64,000 nucleotides of DNA from Planctomycetota bacterium (lineage in GTDB: Bacteria; Planctomycetota; UBA1135; UBA2386), in assembly GCA_965228735.1 (NCBI GenBank), contig OZ245838.1, forward strand, positions 6,912,001 to 6,976,000. The letters run 5' to 3'. The notes beneath the pieces are model-generated. The model made no database searches. It saw only the letters and a program-made list of their open reading frames with translations, and was not told the origin of the DNA. The translations under genes and the position numbers were made by a program. This document shows positions 46,527 to 55,560 of the stretch, piece by piece; position 1 is the stretch's first letter; every line of letters begins with the position of its first letter.

Positions 46527-46761
46527 GGGGAAAGGGGTTGGAACCCCCCGTGATCCACGGCGACGGTGAGCGCTCTCGCCTGAAACTCATGCACACTTCG
46601 CTCCGAGAACGCGCGGGCTCGCCTCCCACACGCTCTCTCCGCCACGCGGACCGAGCTGAACCGGATCTCGCCTTCCCAGTTCAGCCCTTCATTGTTTTCA
46701 AACAGCTCTCGTTCTCTGTACTCGTTCGGGCGGCCTCTGACCGAGGCACTCCCGAAGGACG
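46491..46761 (-). ncRNA. Candidate sigma54-dependent sRNA with three AGGCGAG hairpin loops
   Basis: Promoter, C(UUCG)G hairpin, three stems with the same loop motif and minus-strand G-U pairs, terminator; no credible ORF. Confidence 0.65.
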
Positions 46762-46772
46762 ACGGCCTGGTC

Positions 46773-46788
46773 GCGAAAGGCGTGCCAA
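46773..46788 (-). promoter_or_regulatory. Sigma54 (-24/-12) promoter
   Basis: Minus strand TTGGCACG-CCTT-TCGC with exact GG-N10-GC spacing; one mismatch to TGGCACG-N4-TTGC. Confidence 0.65.
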
Positions 46789-46969
46789 ACGTCCGCGTTT
46801 GTAGCCGGGGTGCCGTAAGTGGGCCGCTGTGCGCATCGTGTGGTGTTGTTCACGCCCCTGACTTACAGCGGGATCCCATTCCAGAGATCGAGATGGGACG
46901 ATAGCGGGAATTGAGACGAGACGGGAAGCTCGCCGTGGACGCGCGTTTCCTCCGAAACCAGGGGACCTT

Positions 46970-48016
46970 GTGCGTGATCCCGCGCGCCGTATCGTCCTCG
47001 CGGTGTCCCGGCGTGCAGACCCCAGCGATCACGTATTCGTCGTCGAGCCCGATGCGCGCGGGTTGCGGCTGCTGGCGCTCCTGGAGCAGCAATTGCCGCA
47101 GATCCACCGCGCTGAGCTCCGGGCCCATCTCGCCGACGGGAACGTCTCGCTCAACGGTGAAACAGTAGTCAGTGATCGGCGGCTCCGGTCCGGTGATGTC
47201 GTGCTCGCGAGTCCGCTGCCACCCGGGGTTCGGGCGGCGCCCGGGGTCACGGGGGCCGCGTCGCCAGGGGGCCTGACGGCAGCGTCGCTGGCGATCTTGT
47301 TCGAGTCAGAGACCGCGCTGGTCGTCGCCAAGCCCGCCGGGATCCCGACAGTGCCCGATCGCAGTGGTCGCGAACGGGGCGTGCACGGACTGCTGACCGA
47401 CCTGCGCCCGGACGGCGATCTGCGCGTGGCCCACCGGCTCGACCGTCAGACCTCGGGTTGCCTGCTGCTCGCGAAGGGGCTGGACGCCGCGCGCCACTTC
47501 GACGCCGCGTTCCGGGCGGGCACGGTGCAGAAGCACTACCAGGCCCTCGTGCAAGGCGTCGTGCGGGACGGCGAGTTCATGATCGATCGCTGGCTCGGCC
47601 CGGATCCGCGGCGGCCCGGCAAGGTGATCCAGGGGCCGGCCGGGAAGAAGGGCTTTCGCGAGGCCGTGACCGTGGTGCGGCGGGCCCGGATCTTCGCGGC
47701 CCATTCGGTCGTGGATCTCTTTCCGCGGACCGGACGGGGGCACCAGCTGCGGGTCCACCTGAGCTCGCGCGGGCACCCGATCGTCGGCGATCGTGACTAC
47801 GGCGGCCAACCGCTGCTGTTGTCGCAGATCAAACGCGGATACAAACCTCGGCTCGGATTCGACGAGAAGCCGGTGCTCGCGCGCACCTTCCTGCACGCGC
47901 TCGGCCTGTCGTTCCGAGACGTCGACGGCCGCGAGGTGGCCGTCGAGACCCCGCTCCCCGAGGATCTGGCGCAGGCCCTCGGCAAGCTCGAACGCTTCAG
48001 TCCGCCGCGGCCCTGA
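46970..48016 (+). CDS. RluA/RluD family pseudouridine synthase with S4-like domain
   Basis: VAKPAG, HRLDRQTSG, TGRGHQLRVHL...GHPIVGD..YG, FLHA. Confidence 0.92.
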   Translation: MRDPARRIVLAVSRRADPSDHVFVVEPDARGLRLLALLEQQLPQIHRAELRAHLADGNVSLNGETVVSDRRLRSGDVVLASPLPPGVRAAPGVTGAASPGGLTAASLAILFESETALVVAKPAGIPTVPDRSGRERGVHGLLTDLRPDGDLRVAHRLDRQTSGCLLLAKGLDAARHFDAAFRAGTVQKHYQALVQGVVRDGEFMIDRWLGPDPRRPGKVIQGPAGKKGFREAVTVVRRARIFAAHSVVDLFPRTGRGHQLRVHLSSRGHPIVGDRDYGGQPLLLSQIKRGYKPRLGFDEKPVLARTFLHALGLSFRDVDGREVAVETPLPEDLAQALGKLERFSPPRP

Positions 48017-48069
48017 GTCCGCGTCGCCTCTCTCAGCGCCACTAGCCCAGGGCAGTCGCCCGCGTCAGC

Positions 48070-49791
48070 ATGCGTCTCAAGACCACTCCCCAAGACTTCC
48101 GCGTCCGCGAACTGCTCGAGTGGCCCGAGGTCAAGGACGGCGACTACGTCGTGCACTCGCTCCACAAGGAGAAGCTGTCGACGGCGGAGGCGCTGTCGAT
48201 GCTCGCGACCCAGTGCAAGGTCGACCGCTCCACGATCGCCTACGCCGGTCTCAAGGATCGGCAGGCCGTGACCGACCAGTTTCTCACGATCGAGCGGCGT
48301 GCCGTCAACCTGTCGCTGCCCAACCTCAAGGTGCAGCCCGTCGGCACGACGGACCGGCCGATCACGAGCAAGATGAGCGCGGGGAACGCCTTCACGATCG
48401 TCGTCCGCGATCTGCGGCCGACGCAGGCGACGCAGGTGCGCCGGTCGCTGCCGAGCCTCGTGAAGGCGGGGTTTCCGAACTACTTCGACGACCAACGCTT
48501 CGGCTGCCTGCGCCACGGCCAGGGATTCGCGATGGAGAGCGTGCTGCACGGCGACTACGAACGCGCGTTGCAGCAGCTGATCGGCGAGCCGTCGCCCGTC
48601 GCGATCACCGGTGACGTCAAGCTCAAGCAGACGATCCGGGCGCGCTGGGGTGACTGGGAGATGCTGTCCAAGGTCGCGCGCGGCCCGGTGTACGAACCCA
48701 TGTTCCTGCACCTCGTGAGCCGCCCCGACGACTTCCGTGGGGCGCTCGAGTTCGTGCCGTTGCGCCAGCGGGTGATCCAGGCGTTCGCGTATCAATCCTT
48801 CCTTTGGAACCGCGCGGTGAGTCAGCTGCTGCACCGCGGCATCGCGTCGGCGCAGCGCCTGCGGATCCATACGCTGGCCGGCGACATCATGGCCTGGAAG
48901 TACCTCGCGCCCGAACGCGAGGAGAAGCTCGTCGCGATGCGCACGCCGCTCTACGGTCCGGACGGGGACGGCGGCAGCACGCCGTTCCGGCGGTCGATGG
49001 AGCGACAGCTCGAGCGGGCGGGGCTGAGGCGCGACAGCTTCTTGCAGAACGAAGTGCCCGGGATGATCTGGCGGGAAGAACAGCGCGACGTGTTCATCAA
49101 GCCGCGCGACGTCAAGGACGTGCGCATCGAGCCCGACGACGAGAACCCGGGCAAGGTGTGCGCGCATCTGGCGTTCGCGTTGCCGCGTGGCGCCTACGCG
49201 ACGATGCTGATCAAGCGGTTGTTCGCGCACAGCTGGTACGACAAGTTCGACGAACGTGGCGGGGGGCGTGGTCCGGGCGGGCCGCGCGGTGGCTACCGCG
49301 ATCGCGACGACCGGCCCCGTGACGATCGGCCGCGTGATGACCGGCGCCGCGATGACCGGCCCCGCGATGACTTCCGTGGCGATCGGCCGCGCTTTGATCG
49401 CCCGCGTGACGACCGTCCGCGACAGGATCGGCCGCGACGCGACCGCTCACGCGACGATCGGCCGCGCCGCGACCGCCCGCGCGACGACCGTCCGCATCGC
49501 GACCGCCACGATGACGCTACGGCGATCGATGGTCCGCCGGCGATCTTCGACGCCCGCGCGGCCAACAACCCCGAGCCGCCGGTCGACGGGCGGGCGCGCG
49601 GAACTGTGGGTGACGGACCGGTGGGTGACGCGGCCCCGACCGAGCGCGACGACGCACCGCCGCCGGCCAGGCCACCGCGCTCGCGGCAGCGGCTCGACGC
49701 TGGCTTCGAAGGCCTCGACGAGTTCGTGCAACGGTCCGACGAGAGCGGCGGTACGACCGACGACTCCGCGCCCGAATCCGACGAATCATGA
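48070..49791 (+). CDS. truD: tRNA pseudouridine(13) synthase TruD with an RD-rich disordered tail
   Basis: PQDFRVRE, YAGLKDRQAVT.Q, GNAF.I, PNYFDDQRFG, AYQS.LWN, F.LPRGAYAT. Confidence 0.92.
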   Translation: MRLKTTPQDFRVRELLEWPEVKDGDYVVHSLHKEKLSTAEALSMLATQCKVDRSTIAYAGLKDRQAVTDQFLTIERRAVNLSLPNLKVQPVGTTDRPITSKMSAGNAFTIVVRDLRPTQATQVRRSLPSLVKAGFPNYFDDQRFGCLRHGQGFAMESVLHGDYERALQQLIGEPSPVAITGDVKLKQTIRARWGDWEMLSKVARGPVYEPMFLHLVSRPDDFRGALEFVPLRQRVIQAFAYQSFLWNRAVSQLLHRGIASAQRLRIHTLAGDIMAWKYLAPEREEKLVAMRTPLYGPDGDGGSTPFRRSMERQLERAGLRRDSFLQNEVPGMIWREEQRDVFIKPRDVKDVRIEPDDENPGKVCAHLAFALPRGAYATMLIKRLFAHSWYDKFDERGGGRGPGGPRGGYRDRDDRPRDDRPRDDRRRDDRPRDDFRGDRPRFDRPRDDRPRQDRPRRDRSRDDRPRRDRPRDDRPHRDRHDDATAIDGPPAIFDARAANNPEPPVDGRARGTVGDGPVGDAAPTERDDAPPPARPPRSRQRLDAGFEGLDEFVQRSDESGGTTDDSAPESDES

Positions 49792-50657
49792 GCGAGAAGA
49801 CCCTGGGAATCATCGGCGGCTCCGGCCTCTACGATCTGCCCGAGCTGGAAGAACGCGAGGAGGTCGTGCTCGACACGCCCTACGGCAGCCCGAGCGATGC
49901 GTTCATCACCGGCCGTTTGTTCGGCGTGAAGATGGCATTCCTGCCGCGGCACGGTCGTGGCCATCGGCTGTCGCCGAGCGAGTTGCCGTTCCGCGCCAAC
50001 CTCTACGGCATGAAGCAGCTCGGCATGGACTGCGTCGTCGGCGTGTCGGCCGTCGGGTCGATGAAGGAGAACATCAAGCCGGGTGAGCTCGTGCTCGTCG
50101 ACCAGTTCATCGATCGCACGCGCGGTCGGACCGAGGAGTCGACGTTCTTCGGCAACGGCTGCGTCGCGCACGCGCACTTCGCCGATCCGATCTGGGAACC
50201 GCTGCGCAAGCGCGCGCTCGGCGCTGCCAAGGCGGCGGGCGCGGTCGCGCACGATGGCGGGACCTACGTCTGCATGGAGGGGCCGCTGTTCAGCACGCGC
50301 GCCGAGAGCAAACTGTATCGCAGCTGGGGCGTCGACGTGATCGGCATGACCAACCTGCAGGAGGCCAAGCTCGCGCGCGAGGCGGAGATCGCCTACTCCA
50401 CGGTCGCGCTCGTCACCGACTACGACTGCTGGCACGAGGGCGAGGCCGACGTCGACGTCGCCGCGGTCATCGCCGTCCTCAAGGCCAACGTCGACATGGC
50501 GCGCCGCGTCGTCGTCGAACTCGCGAAGGCCACCGCCGAGGGCGAGCCGATCTCGGCCGCCGGTGCGATGGAGCACGCGATCATGACCGACAAGAAGCTC
50601 GTCGGCGCCGACGCGCGGCGGCGGCTCGAGATCCTCGCGAGCAAGTATCTCGGCTAG
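49788..50657 (+). CDS. mtnP: S-methyl-5'-thioadenosine phosphorylase
   Basis: GIIGGSG, TPYG.PS, FLPRHGRGH, EGPLFSTRAES, IGMT, VTDYDCW. Confidence 0.93.
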   Translation: MSEKTLGIIGGSGLYDLPELEEREEVVLDTPYGSPSDAFITGRLFGVKMAFLPRHGRGHRLSPSELPFRANLYGMKQLGMDCVVGVSAVGSMKENIKPGELVLVDQFIDRTRGRTEESTFFGNGCVAHAHFADPIWEPLRKRALGAAKAAGAVAHDGGTYVCMEGPLFSTRAESKLYRSWGVDVIGMTNLQEAKLAREAEIAYSTVALVTDYDCWHEGEADVDVAAVIAVLKANVDMARRVVVELAKATAEGEPISAAGAMEHAIMTDKKLVGADARRRLEILASKYLG

Positions 50658-50658
50658 A

Positions 50659-50781
50659 CCCGCGGCGGTACCGAACCCGTTTCAAATCCGCCACCGAGCC
50701 ACCGGCGCAACTGGCGTTACACTGCGGCGTTTGCGCGGAACTGCCGTGGCGGATTCGAAACGGGTTCGGTACCGCCGCGGG
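50659..50781. repeat. 123-bp MITE-like hairpin with 36-bp inverted repeats
   Basis: 50659-50694 and 50746-50781 are complementary at 35 of 36 positions; between convergent genes. Confidence 0.75.
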
Positions 50782-50796
50782 CGGTGGGTCATGGCG

Positions 50797-52560
50797 TCAG
50801 CGCTTCTTCGGGCGCGACGAGATGTCGTCGGCGGTCCCGAACTTGCCGTCCGGGCCAGCGCTCACAACAGTGAACTTCGAAACTGTCTTGCCCGTGAGGC
50901 GGAACGGGTTGCCCCACGCGTCGGTCGGCAGCTTGGTGAGGAAGCGCTCGGCACCGGTCGTCAGTTCGGTGAGCGACTTCGGCAAACGTCCGTGGCGGGT
51001 CGCGTGGGCGGCGACGCCCTTGGCGAGGATCGCCGCCGTATTCTGCGCCGCGATTCGACGGGTGCTGGCGGCCATGCGCCGGAACGCCGCGGCCTGCTCC
51101 TTCAGCTCCGCGTTGTCATATTCGGCCGCGATGCGCGCCTGCTCCGTGGCCGTGCGTTCGAAGTCACGCGCGCTCTCGTGAGCGAGGGCGACCCGTTCGA
51201 GTTCGAGATCAGCACCCGTCGGCGTTCGCTTGATCGTCGGCTCCTTGGGCTCGGCTGCGCTCTGCTCCGCGGCGCGTACGAGGTCAGCGATCAGCTGGTT
51301 CGTCTCGCCTGATTCGTCTGGGTTCGACGGCTCGTCCATTGCCGCGATCCGGCGTTCGAACTCGCTTTCTTTCTCTTGCCACTCCTGCATGGCCCGTTCG
51401 AAGTCCCGATCGAACTGCGCTCGCCGCCCAAGTGCCGCCGCCGCCCCCGCCGTGACATCATCCCGCGTGTCGATCTCCCCGTCGCTGCCGAGCGACCGCA
51501 CGTCCGGCTCACCGTCGATCAACCGCAGCGCGTAGGGGCGACCCCACGGATCGACGCCGTCCTTGCGGCCGGGCAGCTTGCCGTTCTCCTGGGCCTGCCG
51601 CACGGCTGCCCAGGTCGGCGTCGTGCCCGGGTTCTGCGCGCAGAACTTCACGACCGCGGCCCGCAGCTTCTGCACGTCGCGCCGTGCGCGCCAGCGCTTC
51701 TGCTTGAGCCCCTTCTCGACGGTCGGGAAGCGCTTGCGGTCGCAGTCCCACGCCGTGATCCACTCCTCGCGCACGAACTCGAACCCGAAGTCGGTGAGCA
51801 AGCGCCGCTCCATGTGCTCCATGTGGGCAGCGCCGTAGTAGATGCCGATGTTCTGCACGCCCGCGTCGAGCTGTTCCTGCAGCACCGCGAGGCACTTGTC
51901 GTTGCGGCCCTCGATGATGACGGTCGGCTTGCGGGTTGGCGGCTCAGGCGTAGCCATCAAGCGCGCGCCCATCACCCGCATCCCGTGGGCGCCGCGGCCG
52001 CTGCGGAACGCCTCGACGAGGTCGACCCTGCCGCGACGCTTCTCGGCCTCGCGGTCGACCTCGGCGGTCGGATTACTCATGACCTCGCCGATGATGCTGC
52101 TGTTGTGCCGTGTCATTGCCGCGTCGAACTCTTCGATCGTCATGTCGGCGTGAACGAAGTTGGCCTGTCGGTAATCGAGCACGTCCGCTTGTTGATGCAG
52201 CGAGAACCCGCGGCCCATGCTGGACATCAGGATCGACAGCCAGTCGTCCTCGAACTCCATGCCCGGGTGGGGGCGCAGGCCGGGATCCGTGACGAACTCG
52301 TAGAGCAGCTTGTCGTAAGTCGCGAACCGGCGCTGTAGCTCTTCGTAATGCTCGCGGTCGGCGATGTGCAGCGACGCGAGCAGCGTGACGGTCACGTCAC
52401 CGCGGCGGTAGGTCGCGATCGCCGTCTCGAGCTGGCCACCGTCCGGCTCGTCGACGAAGCGGGTGAACGGCCGGCGCTCGGGCTCGCCCGTCGCGTCCTG
52501 CGCGGACGTCGCCGTGGCCAGGGCGGCGAGGAGACAGCTCGTGATCGCGAGGAGTCGCAC
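50797..52560 (-). CDS. Secreted TraB/GumN-like protein fused to two GspG (T2SS pseudopilin)-like domains
   Basis: Signal ending TSAQ; SLHIAD..HY, IEGRN, YYGAAHM; DPWGRPY...SLGSDG...DD and DAWGNPF...SAGPDG.FGTADDI. Confidence 0.65.
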   Translation of the reverse strand: MRLLAITSCLLAALATATSAQDATGEPERRPFTRFVDEPDGGQLETAIATYRRGDVTVTLLASLHIADREHYEELQRRFATYDKLLYEFVTDPGLRPHPGMEFEDDWLSILMSSMGRGFSLHQQADVLDYRQANFVHADMTIEEFDAAMTRHNSSIIGEVMSNPTAEVDREAEKRRGRVDLVEAFRSGRGAHGMRVMGARLMATPEPPTRKPTVIIEGRNDKCLAVLQEQLDAGVQNIGIYYGAAHMEHMERRLLTDFGFEFVREEWITAWDCDRKRFPTVEKGLKQKRWRARRDVQKLRAAVVKFCAQNPGTTPTWAAVRQAQENGKLPGRKDGVDPWGRPYALRLIDGEPDVRSLGSDGEIDTRDDVTAGAAAALGRRAQFDRDFERAMQEWQEKESEFERRIAAMDEPSNPDESGETNQLIADLVRAAEQSAAEPKEPTIKRTPTGADLELERVALAHESARDFERTATEQARIAAEYDNAELKEQAAAFRRMAASTRRIAAQNTAAILAKGVAAHATRHGRLPKSLTELTTGAERFLTKLPTDAWGNPFRLTGKTVSKFTVVSAGPDGKFGTADDISSRPKKR

Positions 52561-52586
52561 CCCCGGATGATAGCCGTTCGGCCCGG

Positions 52587-53414
52587 TCAGGCGCGCTTCC
52601 GCGCGATCACCTCGTACACCGGCGGGCAGTGCACGATGACGTTCGGGTCGCCGCGGCCGTCCGCGAACTCGCGGAGCAGCGTGTCGCACGTGCTCTGCTC
52701 CAGCCGCTGCATCGCGACGAGCTTGGGGCCGAACGTGTGCCACCAGGTGTCGACCCACCCGTACATGCTGTCGGTGCCGCGCGCGACGCGCAGCTGGCAC
52801 TCGATGTGCTCGAGCTCGAAGCCGTGGCGTTGGAGCATGGCCGGCAGGCGGCCGACGACGTCGGGGTCACCGCCGCGTTCGTGCCACGAGTCGACGGTCG
52901 CCGCGATCGCCTGGCTCTGCGCGTCCGAGTGCGGGCTCATCGCGAGCGTCGCGTAGTTGAAGTAGTCGTGCACGACGAAGCGGCCACCCGGCGCGAGCGC
53001 CGCCGCGACGCCGGCGACGACGGCCTCCGGGTCGCGCACGAAGCACAGGACCCAGCGCGCATAGGCGAGGTCGAACGGCGGCTCGTCGCCGAGCAACGGG
53101 CCGAGCTGCTGCACGTCGCCGAGCCGGGCCGTGATCCAGGGCAGGTCCTGCGTCTGGCGCTGCTCGCGCAGGTGCGCGAGGAACGGCTCCGACTCGTCGA
53201 TCGCGACGACGGCGCCGCGGCTCGTGACGAGGCGCGCGAGGTCGAACGCGGCGTAGCCCGGACCGCAGCCGACGTCAAGCACACGGTGTCCGATGCGGAT
53301 GCCGGCGCGACGGCAGGCCGCGAGCATCGCGTCACCCCAGAGCCGCGACTGCAGGCCGAGGCGCTCGAGCTCGTCGTCGCCGGTTCCGAGGACGTAAGGC
53401 CGGGCGTCGGTCAT
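52587..53414 (-). CDS. Class I SAM-dependent methyltransferase
   Basis: YVLG...ELERL..Q, VLDVGCGPG, FDLAYARWVL, LAPGG. Confidence 0.9.
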   Translation of the reverse strand: MTDARPYVLGTGDDELERLGLQSRLWGDAMLAACRRAGIRIGHRVLDVGCGPGYAAFDLARLVTSRGAVVAIDESEPFLAHLREQRQTQDLPWITARLGDVQQLGPLLGDEPPFDLAYARWVLCFVRDPEAVVAGVAAALAPGGRFVVHDYFNYATLAMSPHSDAQSQAIAATVDSWHERGGDPDVVGRLPAMLQRHGFELEHIECQLRVARGTDSMYGWVDTWWHTFGPKLVAMQRLEQSTCDTLLREFADGRGDPNVIVHCPPVYEVIARKRA

Positions 53415-53439
53415 GCCCTTTCGTATACATTCCGGCCCC

Positions 53440-54492
53440 ATGAGCGACCTCTCTCGACGCAAGTTTCTCGGGGCCTCCGCGGCGGCCGCGAGCCTGCCCG
53501 CCTGTGCTGACATGACGGCGCGGCTCTCGATCCATCGCCGGCAGTCGCCGGTCGCGGTCGCGAGCGCCAACGGCCTCGAGGCGGTGCGGATCGCCGTCGA
53601 ACGCATGCAGGCCGGCATGCGGCCGGTCGATGCCGCAGTGGCCGGGGTCGAGGTCGTCGAGAACGACCCGAAGGACGACAGCGTCGGGCTCGGCGGCCTG
53701 CCGAACGAGGACGGCGTCGTCACGCTCGACGCGTGCGTCATGGACGGGCCGTCGGGGCTCGGCGGCGCCGTCGCGCACCTGCGCAACATCAAGAACCCGG
53801 CGCAGGTCGCGCTCAAGGTCATGCGACGCACGGATCACGTGTTGCTCGTCGACGAGGGCGCGCTCGAGTTCGCGCGGGCGCACGGCTTCGTCGAGGAGAA
53901 CCTGCTGACCGAGGAGTCGCGCAAGAAGTGGTTGCGCTGGAAGGAGCGGCGGTCGTCGATCGACGACTGGATCTCGCCCGAGGAGAACGGCGAGCACGGC
54001 ACCGAGTGGTTCGACGAGTTCAAGGACAAGACCGGCACGATCCACCTCGGCGCGGTGAACGGCAGCGGCGACGTCGGCAGCGTGACGACGACGTCGGGGC
54101 TCGCGTTCAAGCTGCGGGGCCGGGTCGGCGACTCGCCGCTGCTCGGGTGCGGCAACTACTGCGACAACGACGTCGGCACGGGCGGTTCGACGGGGCGCGG
54201 CGAGGCCTGCATCCTGAGCAACGGCGGCTCGTTCATCGTGCACCAGATGGCGCTCGGCAAGTCGCCGACCGACGCGTGCCTCGAGACCGTGAAGCGCGTC
54301 GCGCGCATGACCAAGGTCAAGCGGCTGCTCGACGACCGCGGGCGCCCGAACTTCCAGGTCAAGTTCTACGCGACCGACAAGCAGGGGCGGTACGGCGGCG
54401 CGGCGATGTATCCCGGCAAGTTCGCGGTGTGCGACGACAACGGGCCGCGGCACGAGGATCTCGCGCCGTTGTTCGAATCGCGGCGGCGCTGA
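53440..54492 (+). CDS. Tat-exported N(4)-(beta-N-acetylglucosaminyl)-L-asparaginase (Ntn hydrolase)
   Basis: SRRKFL Tat motif; SVGLGGLPN, LDACVMDG, GTI nucleophile region, TTSG..FK.RGRVGDSP, TGRGE. Confidence 0.9.
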   Translation: MSDLSRRKFLGASAAAASLPACADMTARLSIHRRQSPVAVASANGLEAVRIAVERMQAGMRPVDAAVAGVEVVENDPKDDSVGLGGLPNEDGVVTLDACVMDGPSGLGGAVAHLRNIKNPAQVALKVMRRTDHVLLVDEGALEFARAHGFVEENLLTEESRKKWLRWKERRSSIDDWISPEENGEHGTEWFDEFKDKTGTIHLGAVNGSGDVGSVTTTSGLAFKLRGRVGDSPLLGCGNYCDNDVGTGGSTGRGEACILSNGGSFIVHQMALGKSPTDACLETVKRVARMTKVKRLLDDRGRPNFQVKFYATDKQGRYGGAAMYPGKFAVCDDNGPRHEDLAPLFESRRR

Positions 54493-54514
54493 TTGCCCGA
54501 TTCCGGAGCCGGCG

Positions 54515-55435
54515 TCAGAGCGTGGTCGGCGACGCCGCCCCTGGCAACGCGAGCTCGGGTGCCGACAGTTTGCCGTCGCGGTTCTTGTCGAGCTTCGCGA
54601 GGATCTGCGCTGCCCAGCGCAAGAGCGCCGGATCGAGTTTGCGCAGCGCGCCTTCGAGTTCGGCGCGACTGATCATGCCGTTGCCGTCGCCGTCGACCTC
54701 GCCCCACGGGGCAGGCAGTCCCGACGGTGGCGGCGCCTGCTCGAGGCCGGGCAGCGCAACGGCACTCCGCAGCTGTTCGAAGATCGGCGCGAGTTCGGCT
54801 GCTTCGACCTGGCCCGACTGGTTGACGTCGAGCATGCGCAGCTGCGCTTCGAACGCCGGCAGCAGCTTGATGTCACGCGCGATCTTGCTGATCTCCTCGG
54901 GGTCGAGGCCGCCGTTCTCGTTGCGATCGTTGAGCTGGATGAACAGTTCGAGCGGCGTCGCCTTGCGCGCGGCCTGCAGCTCCTTGGCCTGTCGGACGAA
55001 GCGCCGACACGTGCGCACGTGGAACTCGCCGTTCTTCTCGATCAACTCGCGGTAGTGGGCGTCGAACTCCGGCCACTGCAGATAGCCGTCACGGCTCGTG
55101 TCGAATCGCAGGAACGCGGCCGAGTCCTTCGGGCTCGCGAGGGTCTCGAGGGCGTCGCACGCCTCGAACAGGTCGAGGCGATCGTCGCTGTCGGCGTCAC
55201 AGGCCGAGAACAGCTCGCGGCTCGTCGACTCGGTGTAGGCGTCGAGCGACGTGCGGCCGCCGTTCTCCGGGACCGTCGGCGCCGCGGGCTCGCCTTTGCC
55301 GACCGGCGTCGCGGGCGACGGCGGGTTGGGCGACGTCGGGTTTGGCGAAACCGGGCTCTGTGCCAGTCCGACCGCGGCGCTCGCGATGCCGGCGAGCAGC
55401 AGGTGCAGGATCCGGTTGTCGGTCGTCGGTCGCAT
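54515..55435 (-). CDS. Secreted EF-hand protein
   Basis: Signal ending GLAQ; six EF-hand-like loops (DADSDDRLD, DTSRDGYL, DRNENGGLD, DVNQSGQV, DGDGNGMI, DKNRDGKL). Confidence 0.85.
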   Translation of the reverse strand: MRPTTDNRILHLLLAGIASAAVGLAQSPVSPNPTSPNPPSPATPVGKGEPAAPTVPENGGRTSLDAYTESTSRELFSACDADSDDRLDLFEACDALETLASPKDSAAFLRFDTSRDGYLQWPEFDAHYRELIEKNGEFHVRTCRRFVRQAKELQAARKATPLELFIQLNDRNENGGLDPEEISKIARDIKLLPAFEAQLRMLDVNQSGQVEAAELAPIFEQLRSAVALPGLEQAPPPSGLPAPWGEVDGDGNGMISRAELEGALRKLDPALLRWAAQILAKLDKNRDGKLSAPELALPGAASPTTL

Positions 55436-55560
55436 TCTGCAAAGTTGGAGCGGTCGGCTTCGGGTCCATCGGTCGCCCGGGCCCCGGACTATAGCACCCG
55501 ATCGCGGCGGCTGCCGGAATCGGCCCGGCGGCGTCAAGGGGTTGGCCGGTGCCGCCGGCA

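Noticed and set aside
46376..46645. 89-aa minus-strand ORF and the other short ORFs at 46129-46904
   Set aside because: They cross the terminator or repeats, have atypical composition and lack a convincing RBS.
46491..46761. Known housekeeping RNA (tmRNA, RNase P, SRP, 6S), CsrB/RsmZ or ANTAR target
   Set aside because: No tRNA-like ends, no GAGGAAAGUCC, no SRP loop and no long 6S rod; loops are AGGCGAG rather than GGA and lack the ANTAR A1/G4 hexaloop pattern.
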